32,000 nucleotides of DNA from Mycolicibacterium smegmatis (GTDB taxonomy: Bacteria; Actinomycetota; Actinomycetes; Mycobacteriales; Mycobacteriaceae): positions 300,001 through 332,000 of the forward strand of contig NZ_LN831039.1 of assembly GCF_001457595.1 (NCBI RefSeq), given 5' to 3'. Position numbers and translations under genes: made by a program. Below the pieces are notes generated by a model. That model saw only the letters and a program-made list of their open reading frames with translations. It was not told the DNA's origin and ran no database searches. This document shows, in pieces, positions 24,767 through 32,000 of the stretch (within the stretch, counting starts at the first letter, position 1; every line of letters begins with the position of its first letter).

Positions 24767-25612
24767 CACAGCTGCTTTCGGCGCGACGCCGTCGAAACCG
24801 TGGAACGCGCCGTGCACCACATCGATCTCGCAGGGCACGCCCGCGGCATGCAGCCGCCCGGCGTAGGCCAGGTCCTCGTCGTGGAACAGATCGAGGGTGC
24901 CCACCCCGACCCATGCCCGCGGCAGGCCGCTGAGGTCCTCACGGCGGGCCGGTACCGCGACGTCCGGATCCGCGTCACCCAGGTACGCCTTCCACCCGAA
25001 CCGGTTGCTGCCCTGGTTCCACAGCCGCTGCCCCGGATGGTCGAGGCTCGGTACGAAACTGCTGCGGTCGTCGAGCATGGGATACACCAGCAGCTGCGCT
25101 GCGACGTCGATCCCGCGGTCACGCGCCAGCAGCGCGAGGGAGGCCGCCAGGCCACCACCGGCGCTCGCACCGCCGATCGCCACCCGGGCCGGATCGACCG
25201 AAGGCAGCGCGGTCAGCCACCGCAGCGCGGCGAAGCAGTCCTCGAGCCCGGCAGGATACGGATTCTGCGGTGCCAGGCGGTACTCCACCGAAGCGACCGT
25301 GACACCCGCCTGCCTGGCGAACTGCAGACATTGCGCGTCGTCCTGGGCCGCGCTGCCCAGCACATAGCCGCCGCCGTGGATCCACACGAGCGCCGGGCCG
25401 GGAAGAGTTGTCGAGGCGGGTGGCCGGAACAACCGGATGCCGACACCCGACGGCAGGGTCAGCACCTCACACCCCGGAGGCACCCGCCGGCCCATCAACC
25501 TGGTCAGGCGCTGGAAAACCGGCAGCGTCGCGCGGTTCACCATGTGCCGTGGGATGTAGCGGGCGACGCGTTCGAGATCGGGATGGAACCGGGTCGGGGT
25601 GGTGGCCGTCAC
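24713..25612 (-). CDS. Alpha/beta hydrolase fold-3 esterase/lipase
   Basis: 299 aa. It has VWIHGGGYVLGSA (HGGG), GGASAGGGLA (GxSxG), and a C-terminal HGAFHGF catalytic-His context. Confidence 0.88.
   Translation of the reverse strand: MTATTPTRFHPDLERVARYIPRHMVNRATLPVFQRLTRLMGRRVPPGCEVLTLPSGVGIRLFRPPASTTLPGPALVWIHGGGYVLGSAAQDDAQCLQFARQAGVTVASVEYRLAPQNPYPAGLEDCFAALRWLTALPSVDPARVAIGGASAGGGLAASLALLARDRGIDVAAQLLVYPMLDDRSSFVPSLDHPGQRLWNQGSNRFGWKAYLGDADPDVAVPARREDLSGLPRAWVGVGTLDLFHDEDLAYAGRLHAAGVPCEIDVVHGAFHGFDGVAPKAAVSRAFRNAQCAFLKRALT
24733..24753. repeat. 21-nt perfect palindrome GGAACGCGCA-T-TGCGCGTTCC inside the overlapping 3' ends of two convergent genes
   Basis: Base-by-base check: positions 24733-24742 pair with 24753-24744. 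It could form a GC-rich hairpin in either transcript. Function is unknown. Confidence 0.5.
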
Positions 25613-25702
25613 AGAGTAGTTCTACCCAAAGCAAGGGCCTTCTATTTCCGGAACCAGGAAAAGCCGGCATCAGAGGTAAGACCGGGCGTTCTCGGGACGT
25701 CA

Positions 25703-27274
25703 ATGAACGTGGAGATCAATCAGAGGTACGACTTCATCGTGTGCGGTTCGGGATCGTCGGGTTCGGTGGTGGCCCGGCGCCTGGCCGAGAACCCGGACGC
25801 CGATGTCCTGCTGTTGGAGGCGGGCGGCAGTGACGACGTGCCCGAGGTCCAGCAGGCCGTGCAGTGGCCCGAGAATCTCGGCAGCCCCCGCGACTGGCAG
25901 TTCGAGGCCCAGGCCAACCCGCATCTCAACGGACGCGCGATTCCCATGAACATGGGCAAGGTGCTCGGCGGCGGTTCGAGTATCAACGTGATGATGTGGT
26001 CACGCGGGCACCGGAACGACTGGGACTTCTTCGCCGCGGAAGCCGGCGACGAAGGCTGGGGGTATGAGGCCGTACTCGACATCTACCGGCGCATCGAGGA
26101 CTGGCAGGGCAAGCCCGACCCGCAGTACCGGGGGACCGACGGCAACGTCTACGTGCAACCGGCCCCTGACCCAAACCCCATCGCCGACGCCGCGGTGGCC
26201 GCCGCGGCGTCGGTGGGCATCCCGGCGTTCGACCATCCCAACGGCGCCATGATGGAAGGCGCCGGCGGTGCCGCGCTGAGCGATATCCGTGTACGCGACG
26301 GGATCCGGCAGTCCGTCTTCCGTTCCTATGTCCATCCGTACCTGGGCCGGCCGAACCTCACGGTGCTCACCGGGGCGGTGGTGACGCGGGTGACGCTCGA
26401 CGGACACCGCGCGAGCGGGGTCGAGTTCGTCCGTGACGGAGTCACGTTCCGGGTCGCGGCGGGCAGCGAGGTGGTGCTGGGTCTCGGTGCGATCAACACG
26501 CCAAAGGTGTTGATGCTCTCCGGTATCGGGGACAGTGCCGAACTGGCCCGGCACGGCATCAAGACCGTCGTGCACCTGCCGGGGGTGGGGCGCAACCTGC
26601 AGGATCATCCCGCGTTCGGCTGCGTGTGGGAGTACGACGTCGCACTGGAGCCGCGCAACACCGGGTCTGAGGCAACGTACTTCGCGAAGAGCGATTCCCG
26701 CCTCGACACCCCGGACCTGCAGACGTGTCAGATCGAGGCGCCCTTCGCCAGCGCCGAGACCATCGCACGATTCGGCCTGCCGCAGGCCGCATGGACGATG
26801 TTCGCCGGAATCGTGCGGCCCGAGAGCCGCGGCAGTGTGCGGCTCACCGGGTGTTCGCCCGACGATCCGGTGCGCATCGACGCCAACATGCTCTCCGACC
26901 CGGCCGATATGACCGCCGCGATGATCGCGGTCGAACTGTGCCGCGAGATCGGCAACGCCGCACCGCTGTCCGCGCACGCCAAGCGCGAGGTCATGCCGGG
27001 AAACCTCAAGGGCCGCGACCTCGAACGGTTCATCCGCGACGCGGCGGTCTCCTACTGGCACCAGAGCGGCACCGCGAAGATGGGCCGCGACGAGATGTCG
27101 GTGGTCGACGGAAATCTGCGGGTTCACGGCATCGAGCGTCTTCGCATCGCCGATGCATCTATCATGCCCCGCATAACCACCGGCAATACGATGGCACCCT
27201 GCGTCGTCATCGGCGAACGCGCCGCACAACTGATCCGAGACACCTACGCCGCCAAGGAGCCCGCTCATGAGTGA
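25703..27274 (+). CDS. GMC-family FAD oxidoreductase (choline/alcohol dehydrogenase-like)
   Basis: ATG at 25703 gives MNVEINQRYDFIVCGSGSSGSVVARRLAE (GxGxxG). 523 aa, with GMC N- and C-terminal blocks including HQSGTAKMG. The track ORF start at 24800 is an artefactual extension. Confidence 0.92.
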   Translation: MNVEINQRYDFIVCGSGSSGSVVARRLAENPDADVLLLEAGGSDDVPEVQQAVQWPENLGSPRDWQFEAQANPHLNGRAIPMNMGKVLGGGSSINVMMWSRGHRNDWDFFAAEAGDEGWGYEAVLDIYRRIEDWQGKPDPQYRGTDGNVYVQPAPDPNPIADAAVAAAASVGIPAFDHPNGAMMEGAGGAALSDIRVRDGIRQSVFRSYVHPYLGRPNLTVLTGAVVTRVTLDGHRASGVEFVRDGVTFRVAAGSEVVLGLGAINTPKVLMLSGIGDSAELARHGIKTVVHLPGVGRNLQDHPAFGCVWEYDVALEPRNTGSEATYFAKSDSRLDTPDLQTCQIEAPFASAETIARFGLPQAAWTMFAGIVRPESRGSVRLTGCSPDDPVRIDANMLSDPADMTAAMIAVELCREIGNAAPLSAHAKREVMPGNLKGRDLERFIRDAAVSYWHQSGTAKMGRDEMSVVDGNLRVHGIERLRIADASIMPRITTGNTMAPCVVIGERAAQLIRDTYAAKEPAHE

Positions 27275-27587
27275 AACCAAGATCACCGTGATCTACGACA
27301 ATCCCACGGATCCGGCCGCTTTCGAGGCCGCCTACCCCACCGAACAACTCGAGGCCGCACGCCGCATCCCGGGGTACCTGCGGCTTGAGGCGTCGAAGGT
27401 GTGGCCCAAGGAGGACGGCAGCCCCACGCCGGCGTACCGGTGCCTCGACCTGTACTACCCGGACTACGCGACCGCGTGCGAAGCGGTCACCACCCCGGAG
27501 GCCGGTGCGTTCTTCGAGGCCATGGGCCGGCTGGCCACCGGGGGTGTGCGCGTGCTGATGTCCGACGTCGAGGTGCCTGCGGTGTAG
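27267..27587 (+). CDS. EthD-domain protein (dimeric alpha/beta-barrel family)
   Basis: 106 aa. KITVIYDNPTDPAAFEAAYPTEQLEAARRIPG is typical of EthD/TIGR02118-like proteins. AAGGAG lies 7 nt upstream. The start overlaps the GMC stop (ATGAGTGA). Confidence 0.8.
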   Translation: MSETKITVIYDNPTDPAAFEAAYPTEQLEAARRIPGYLRLEASKVWPKEDGSPTPAYRCLDLYYPDYATACEAVTTPEAGAFFEAMGRLATGGVRVLMSDVEVPAV

Positions 27588-27638
27588 GAAGCCGCGTGGG
27601 CTTGAGCTTCCCCCTGCGGGAACGCACAAGCTCACCGT

Positions 27639-28409
27639 ATGAGCAATCAACGACCGCTTGAGGGTAGACGTGCGCTGGTCACCGGTGGCACCAAGGGTGC
27701 AGGCGCCGCCGTCGTCCGGACACTGCGCGCCTCGGGTGCGCACGTCACCGCCGTGGCCAGACGGCCCGGCGGTGACGCCGACGAGTTCGTCGCCGCGGAT
27801 GTCATGTCCGAGGCCGGGATCGCCGAGATCGCCACGCACGTGCGCGCCACCGGAGGAGTGCACATCCTGGTGCACGTGGCCGGTGGATCCTCCTCGCCGG
27901 CAGGAGGATTCGCCGCCCTTTCCGAGCAGGACTGGATCGACGAGCTCAACCTGAACCTGCTGTCGGCGGTCCGGCTCGACCGTGCCGTCGCGCCCATGAT
28001 GATCGAGGCGGGCGGCGGCGTGATCGTGCACATCTCGTCGATCCAGAGCCGTATGCCGCTGTACGACGGGACCCTCGGATACGCCGCGGCCAAGGCCGCG
28101 CTGCGCACCTACAGCAAGGGTCTGGCCAATGAGCTTGCGCCGAAGGGCATCCGGGTCAACACGGTCAGCCCGGGGTTCATCCGGACGACCGCGGCCGAGG
28201 CGCTGATCGAGCGGATCGCCGAAGCGGGCAACGGCACACGCGAGCAGGCGCTCGACTCTCTGATGGCGTCCCTCGGCGGGATCCCGCTGGGACGGCCCGC
28301 CGAACCCGATGAGGTCGCCGGGGTGGTGGGATTCCTGGTGTCCGACGCGGCGGCGTCGGTGGTCGGTGCCGACATCGTGGTGGACGGCGGCACCGTGCCT
28401 GCGATCTGA
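27639..28409 (+). CDS. SDR-family oxidoreductase
   Basis: 256 aa. [11 protein letters not shown] and YAAAKAA (YxxxK) motifs. Confidence 0.9.
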   Translation: MSNQRPLEGRRALVTGGTKGAGAAVVRTLRASGAHVTAVARRPGGDADEFVAADVMSEAGIAEIATHVRATGGVHILVHVAGGSSSPAGGFAALSEQDWIDELNLNLLSAVRLDRAVAPMMIEAGGGVIVHISSIQSRMPLYDGTLGYAAAKAALRTYSKGLANELAPKGIRVNTVSPGFIRTTAAEALIERIAEAGNGTREQALDSLMASLGGIPLGRPAEPDEVAGVVGFLVSDAAASVVGADIVVDGGTVPAI

Positions 28410-28413
28410 ATCG

Positions 28414-29208
28414 CTATCCGAGCGCCTCGCTGAGGTGGATGCCCAGGTCGGTGCGGCCCGGATGGATGTCCTCGCGCAGCGCGCGGGTGCCGTGGTAGTC
28501 ACCGTCGGCCAGGCGGCGGAACCGGTCGGCCGGCTCGGAGTCGATGGCCTTGAGACGGTCGCGCAGGCGTTCGGTCTCCTGTTGCAGGCCTTCGGATCCC
28601 AGGCTGTCGGCGTCGTAGATGACGTGCAGGTCGAAACTTCCCACGCCGGTGTACCACAGGGTTCCGTGGGTGAGGGGGAACAGCAGTGAGTCGATGTCAC
28701 CGCTGATCCCGCGTGTGCCCAGCGAACGTGCGTCCTCACCCACTGTCACGATCACCAGCGCCCGGCGGCCTGCGAGTTGGCCGTCGCCGTAGCGGCGGGG
28801 TATCCCGAGCACGGAATCGACATCGCCGTAGGCGAATTCGTTCGTGAGGACCCGGTCGAACCATCCCTTGAGGATGGCAGGCGGTCCGTACCACCACAGC
28901 GGGAACTGTATGACGAGCAGTTCGGCGGCCGCGAGCTTGGCCTGTTCCTCGCGCACATCGGCGGCATGCTCACCGCGCCGGTACGCGTCGGCCGTGATCT
29001 GGACGATGCTGCCCGTTCGGCCCCCGAAGTCGCGATCACCGAGGACCGGGTCGAACCGCTGGGCGTGCAGATCGGAGGTCAACACGGTGTACTGCTCGGA
29101 CAGCGCCTCGGTTCCGGCCTGGAACAGATGGTCGTTGAGAGACCCGCGCAGTGGATGGGCGTAGAGCCACAGCGCGGTACCGGGTTCGGGCGTATGGGTG
29201 AGCGTCAT
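28414..29208 (-). CDS. NAD(P)H dehydrogenase (quinone) / flavodoxin-like fold (NQO1/Flavodoxin_2 type)
   Basis: ATG at 29208 overlaps the TetR stop (ATGA), with AGGAGA upstream. ALWLYAHPLRGSLNDHLFQAG...LTSDLHAQRFDPVL is the typical family N-terminus. 264 aa. Confidence 0.85.
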   Translation of the reverse strand: MTLTHTPEPGTALWLYAHPLRGSLNDHLFQAGTEALSEQYTVLTSDLHAQRFDPVLGDRDFGGRTGSIVQITADAYRRGEHAADVREEQAKLAAAELLVIQFPLWWYGPPAILKGWFDRVLTNEFAYGDVDSVLGIPRRYGDGQLAGRRALVIVTVGEDARSLGTRGISGDIDSLLFPLTHGTLWYTGVGSFDLHVIYDADSLGSEGLQQETERLRDRLKAIDSEPADRFRRLADGDYHGTRALREDIHPGRTDLGIHLSEALG

Positions 29209-29837
29209 CTGGATCTCCTGTCGGGGGCGGGGGATTCGGGGCGGGACCCGGGTGTGGCGGATGCTGCCACGGCTGCGACCACGCGGGCGAGCGTCTCGCA
29301 GGCGTCTGTGGGGGTGATGCGGTCGGCGAGCACGTCGCGGAACAGCGCGTCGCCTGCGCCGATGATCGCGCGCAGGCCTGCCGACCGTGCCGGGACGGAG
29401 GATGGGAACAGCGCCCTGCCGCACACGTCGAGGTACGCGTCGTCGGCCTCTTGGCGCAACAGGCTCAAGGTGGGTGACCCCTCCAATGCGGCCACCACCC
29501 CGGACAGTTCGCGTCCTTCGGCGGCGCAGCAGTCGATATAGGCCTCGGCGACCGCATGCGCGACGGCGTCAAGGTCATCGGCGGCCTCTTCCAGTGCCGC
29601 CGCGAGGGTTTCGCGCCGCCGTGCCTCGAACTCGCGGTACAGCTCGGCGAGTGCTCCGCTCTTGTCGCCGAAGTGGTCGTACACCACGGGTTTGGTCACT
29701 CCGGCGCGGTCGGCGAGCCGTCCGAGGGTGAATTCCTCGGTGCCCGCCTCCCGGATCAGCTCCCTGGCCACCTCGAGCAGTTGTGTCCGGCGTTCCTGCT
29801 TGGACATTCGCCGCCTGGTGCCCGATCGCTCACTCAC
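29205..29837 (-). CDS. TetR-family transcriptional regulator
   Basis: GTG at 29837 is preceded by GGGAGG. The HTH is TQLLEVARELIREAGTEEFTLGRLADRAGVTKPVVYDHF. 210 aa. Confidence 0.9.
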   Translation of the reverse strand: MSERSGTRRRMSKQERRTQLLEVARELIREAGTEEFTLGRLADRAGVTKPVVYDHFGDKSGALAELYREFEARRRETLAAALEEAADDLDAVAHAVAEAYIDCCAAEGRELSGVVAALEGSPTLSLLRQEADDAYLDVCGRALFPSSVPARSAGLRAIIGAGDALFRDVLADRITPTDACETLARVVAAVAASATPGSRPESPAPDRRSR

Positions 29838-29855
29838 TCGGCCTCCCGATCGCTA

Positions 29856-29899
29856 GCTACTGTCGGTAGCCTACCATCAGTAACCTACTACCGGTAGGT
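29856..29899. promoter_or_regulatory. Two related inverted repeats (GCTAC-tgtcg-GTAGC and ACCTAC-taccg-GTAGGT), candidate TetR operators
   Basis: The sites are at 29856-29870 and 29883-29899, 20-60 bp upstream of the TetR start. Both share CTAC-N5-GTAG. The second also contains the perfect 10-bp palindrome CTACCGGTAG. Confidence 0.4.
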
Positions 29900-29987
29900 C
29901 CGTTTTCTGGCACCGCGAGCGCGCGTGGCTGCTGCCCGACACACCGCGTTTCATCAGCAGTCGACGCACGCTCACCGGTGACGACGG

Positions 29988-30674
29988 TCAGGTCAGTACC
30001 GTCTCGAACGCCACGCGGTCACCGCGGTACAGGGCCCGCACCACCTCGATCGCGACGCCGTCGGTGTCGACCGAACACCGGTTGAGCAACAGCATCGGAA
30101 GCGCCGTCGTGCATTCCAGCAGGGTGGCCTCCCGCGGCGTGGGCAGTGCGGTCTCGATGCGCTCGGTGGCCGACGCGAACTCGACGCCGGTGGCGCGGAT
30201 GGCGGCGTACAGCGATGTCGCCGGGTCGAAGTCGTGCTCGAACCGGCCGAAGCGCGCTGCGGCCAGATAGGTGCTCTCCAGTCCGATGCGCTGATCGTCG
30301 GCGAGCAGGACCCGCTCGAGGTGCAGTACCGGCGCGCCCGTCGCGATGTCGAGACCGGACGCGAGTTCGGTTGACGCCTCGATGATCTCGCGGGTGACCA
30401 GCATGCGGCCGGGTGTGCGGCCGACGGTCTGCGCGCCTTCGGTGTAGGACTGCAGACTCAGTGCGTGCACCAGCTTGGGCCGTGCCACCACGGTGCCGCG
30501 GCCGCGGCGTTCGATGCGGCCTGCGACCAGCAGTTCGTGCAAAGCCTGGCGCACGGTCTCGCGTGCCACCCCGAACCGCGCCGCGAGTTCGCGCTCCGCG
30601 GGAACCGGATCGCCCTCCTGCAGGCCGGCCAGGGTGACATCGAGCGCGGTGCGGATGGTGTGCGCGAGTGTCAT
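29988..30674 (-). CDS. GntR-family regulator, HutC/PhnF-like (wHTH + UTRA)
   Basis: ATG at 30674 overlaps the HD gene stop (ATGA). PAERELAARFGVARETVRQALHELLVAGRIERRGRGTVV is a GntR wHTH, followed by a UTRA-like C-terminal domain. 228 aa. The track ORF extends artefactually to 31391. Confidence 0.88.
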   Translation of the reverse strand: MTLAHTIRTALDVTLAGLQEGDPVPAERELAARFGVARETVRQALHELLVAGRIERRGRGTVVARPKLVHALSLQSYTEGAQTVGRTPGRMLVTREIIEASTELASGLDIATGAPVLHLERVLLADDQRIGLESTYLAAARFGRFEHDFDPATSLYAAIRATGVEFASATERIETALPTPREATLLECTTALPMLLLNRCSVDTDGVAIEVVRALYRGDRVAFETVLT

Positions 30675-31198
30675 CTGTCGGTCCCGGTGACCCTCGCGGC
30701 GACGCGTGAGGCGATGGCGAGCACCTGCTCGACCGTCAGCCCCTGTGCGCGTGGATCTTTCGCGGCGTCGTCGTAGCGGCGCAGACGCACTGCGTCGGGA
30801 AACCAGGGGTGGGCGACGGTGTCGGCGTCGACGCCGGGGCCGCCCTGGTGGTGCAGCGAGGTCAGCGACGTCTCGGACAACCGGTACTCGCGATCCGTCG
30901 CGGCGAGGTAGCGCTTGGCCGCGACATGCGCTCCCGCGAGCCAGCCGACGCGCTCCCCGAACCGCTCGGTGAGCCAGTCCCGGGCGATGCGCTCGTGGCC
31001 GGGCACATGGGGCCCGCCGAGCAGGGGGCTGTGGGCGACGTCGTGCAGCGCCGCGGCGAGGACGAGTTCGTCGTCGGCGCCGTCCTCCTGCGCGCGGGCC
31101 GCGGCCTGCAGCGCGTGTTCGAGTTCGTCGACGGCTTCCTCGTCCCAAATCCCTTGCAGTGAACGGAGTATCCGGTCGACTTCGTTGAGAGCATGCAT
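30671..31198 (-). CDS. HD-domain phosphohydrolase (phosphonate-cluster-associated HD type)
   Basis: ELEHALQAAARAQEDGADDELVLAAALHDVAHS carries the H...HD motif. The preferred start is ATG 31198 (leaderless geometry, see the next feature). The TTG at 31216 is the track start. 175 aa. Confidence 0.8.
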   Translation of the reverse strand: MHALNEVDRILRSLQGIWDEEAVDELEHALQAAARAQEDGADDELVLAAALHDVAHSPLLGGPHVPGHERIARDWLTERFGERVGWLAGAHVAAKRYLAATDREYRLSETSLTSLHHQGGPGVDADTVAHPWFPDAVRLRRYDDAAKDPRAQGLTVEQVLAIASRVAARVTGTDR

Positions 31199-31204
31199 GG
31201 GCAG

Positions 31205-31233
31205 AGCGTAGCCCAAATTGGTCTATACCAATT
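31205..31233 (-). promoter_or_regulatory. -10-like TACGCT plus HutC-type operator palindrome AATTGGTCTATACCAATT
   Basis: On the minus strand, TACGCT (31210-31205) is followed by exactly 6 nt and then ATG 31198. The 18-nt palindrome at 31216-31233 pairs at 8 of 9 positions and contains the GTnTAnAC core typical of HutC-subfamily operators. It lies between divergent genes. Confidence 0.5.
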
Positions 31234-31307
31234 CTTAACCTGTTGTTCGGGCCACCAACACCTGCGCGTGGGGATCCGGACGTCGAGAGGCCGCAGGGTC
31301 TGATGCC

Positions 31308-32000
31308 ATGCGGGTGACAATCATCGGTGGCGGCATCCTCGGGACCGCGCATGCGGTCGAAGCCGTACGGCGCGGACATCGCGTCGTGCACCTCGAGCGG
31401 GAAGCCGAGGCGCGGGGCGCGACCGTGCGCAACTTCGGGCTCGTCTGGATCTCCGGACGGTCCACGGCCGAACTCGACGCGACCCTGCGCTCACGCGAAC
31501 TGTGGGAGAAACTCGCCGTTGACGTTCCCGGGATCGGGTTCCGTCCCGCCGGATCCATCACGCTGGTGCGCACCCCGGCCGAGTTGGCCGTCGCACAGGA
31601 GGCGGCGACCCGGTCCGATGCGGGGCACCGCGGTTTCACGCTGCTCGAACCGGACGAGGTGCGCGAGCTCAACCCGGCGCTGCGCGGACGTTTCCTCGGC
31701 GGCCTGCACTGTGCGCTCGATGCGGCCGTGGAATCACGTCAGGCTCTGCCCGCGATCCGCGAACACCTCACTGCCAGTGGACGATACGAGTTCGTCGCGG
31801 GTGTCGAGGCCCGCGGTGTCGAGAACCGCACCGTTCGTGACGACCGCGGCAACCGCCACGAATCCGACATCGTCCTGGTGTGCGCCGGGGCCGCTCACGG
31901 CGGTCTGGTCCGCGACCTCGCCGGTGAACTGCCCGTGCGGCGCGTCCGGTTGCAGATGATGCAGACCGAACCGCTCGGTGAGCGGCTCACCACGGCCATC
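31308..32000 (+). CDS. FAD-dependent oxidoreductase (DAO family, phosphonate-cluster-associated type), 3'-truncated by the window edge
   Basis: This frame is not listed in the track because it has no stop before the end of the window. My own translation from ATG 31308 gives MRVTIIGGGILGTAHAVEAVRRGHRVVHLEREAEARGATVRNFGLVWISGRS (GxGxxG dinucleotide fold). The frame stays open, with high GC3, to 32000. Confidence 0.85.
   Translation, partial: MRVTIIGGGILGTAHAVEAVRRGHRVVHLEREAEARGATVRNFGLVWISGRSTAELDATLRSRELWEKLAVDVPGIGFRPAGSITLVRTPAELAVAQEAATRSDAGHRGFTLLEPDEVRELNPALRGRFLGGLHCALDAAVESRQALPAIREHLTASGRYEFVAGVEARGVENRTVRDDRGNRHESDIVLVCAGAAHGGLVRDLAGELPVRRVRLQMMQTEPLGERLTTAI

Noticed and set aside
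24800-25702. The N-terminal 301 aa of the 824-aa ORF containing the GMC oxidoreductase.
   Set aside because: This part is antisense to the esterase (24713-25612) and has no GMC similarity. The GMC dinucleotide-binding N-terminus starts at ATG 25703.
26000-29541. ORFs 26000..27286 (-), 27207..28739 (-, 510 aa) and 28777..29541 (+).
   Set aside because: They are antisense to the GMC, EthD, SDR, quinone reductase and TetR genes, which all carry clear family motifs.
30675-31391. The Arg-rich 239-aa N-terminal extension of the GntR ORF 29988..31391, and the out-of-frame ORF 31327..31959 (+).
   Set aside because: The extension reads through the HD gene in a different frame (poly-Arg/Pro). The GntR has its own ATG at 30674, overlapping the HD stop. 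The 31327 ORF is frame-shifted relative to the GxGxxG-containing FAD oxidoreductase frame that starts at 31308.

Overview
This is a high-GC (about two-thirds G+C by eye) actinobacterial chromosome segment. Gene order and several protein sequences match what I recall from Mycolicibacterium (Mycobacterium) smegmatis or a close relative. I call 33 protein-coding genes. I saw no rRNA, tRNA, CRISPR array, transposase or phage gene. Most of the long ORFs in the six-frame track are antisense or out-of-frame shadow ORFs typical of high-GC DNA.

Gene layout:
- 148-1974: pckA, followed by a perfect 22-bp hairpin.
- 2090-6147: a DUF559/AbiEi-like orphan, an acyl-CoA synthetase coupled to an unusual crotonase, and a convergent SDR.
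- 6253-13124: a plus-strand run of an MmyB-like regulator, a double-hotdog MaoC hydratase, a family III CoA-transferase, an amidohydrolase, an MFS transporter and an Orn/Lys/Arg-type decarboxylase.
- 13114-13743 (minus): udgX, the covalently crosslinking uracil-DNA glycosylase, recognised by its KRRIH insertion.
- 13832-14848: an esterase.
- 22732 down to 14849 (minus): a complete bacterial-microcompartment (BMC) operon, with a divergent APC permease at 22917-24452.
- 24470-29837: a DUF3263-like small ORF, a second esterase, GMC oxidoreductase-EthD-SDR, and a TetR-NAD(P)H:quinone reductase pair.
- 29988-32000: a phosphonate-type module of HD phosphohydrolase and HutC/GntR, divergent from an FAD oxidoreductase that runs off the window.

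The headline system is the BMC locus. It matches the RMM-type (Rhodococcus and Mycobacterium microcompartment) aminoacetone/1-amino-2-propanol locus. To my knowledge both that locus and UdgX are already described, so I do not claim either as new.

What I add from reading the DNA, all untested:
- A sigma-A-like promoter for the BMC operon with a perfect palindrome in its spacer.
- A 14-nt motif, ATTGGCnnTACCAA, present both in the BMC control region and at the start of the locus GntR gene, each time fused to a -10-like hexamer.
- A shared ELRALV amphipathic helix on the aldehyde dehydrogenase C-terminus and on the N-terminus of the unknown 175-aa protein (candidate encapsulation peptides).
- Apparent domain-order rearrangements in the crotonase and the CoA-transferase.
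- Two probable leaderless genes with operator palindromes.
- A HutC-type operator in the phosphonate module.
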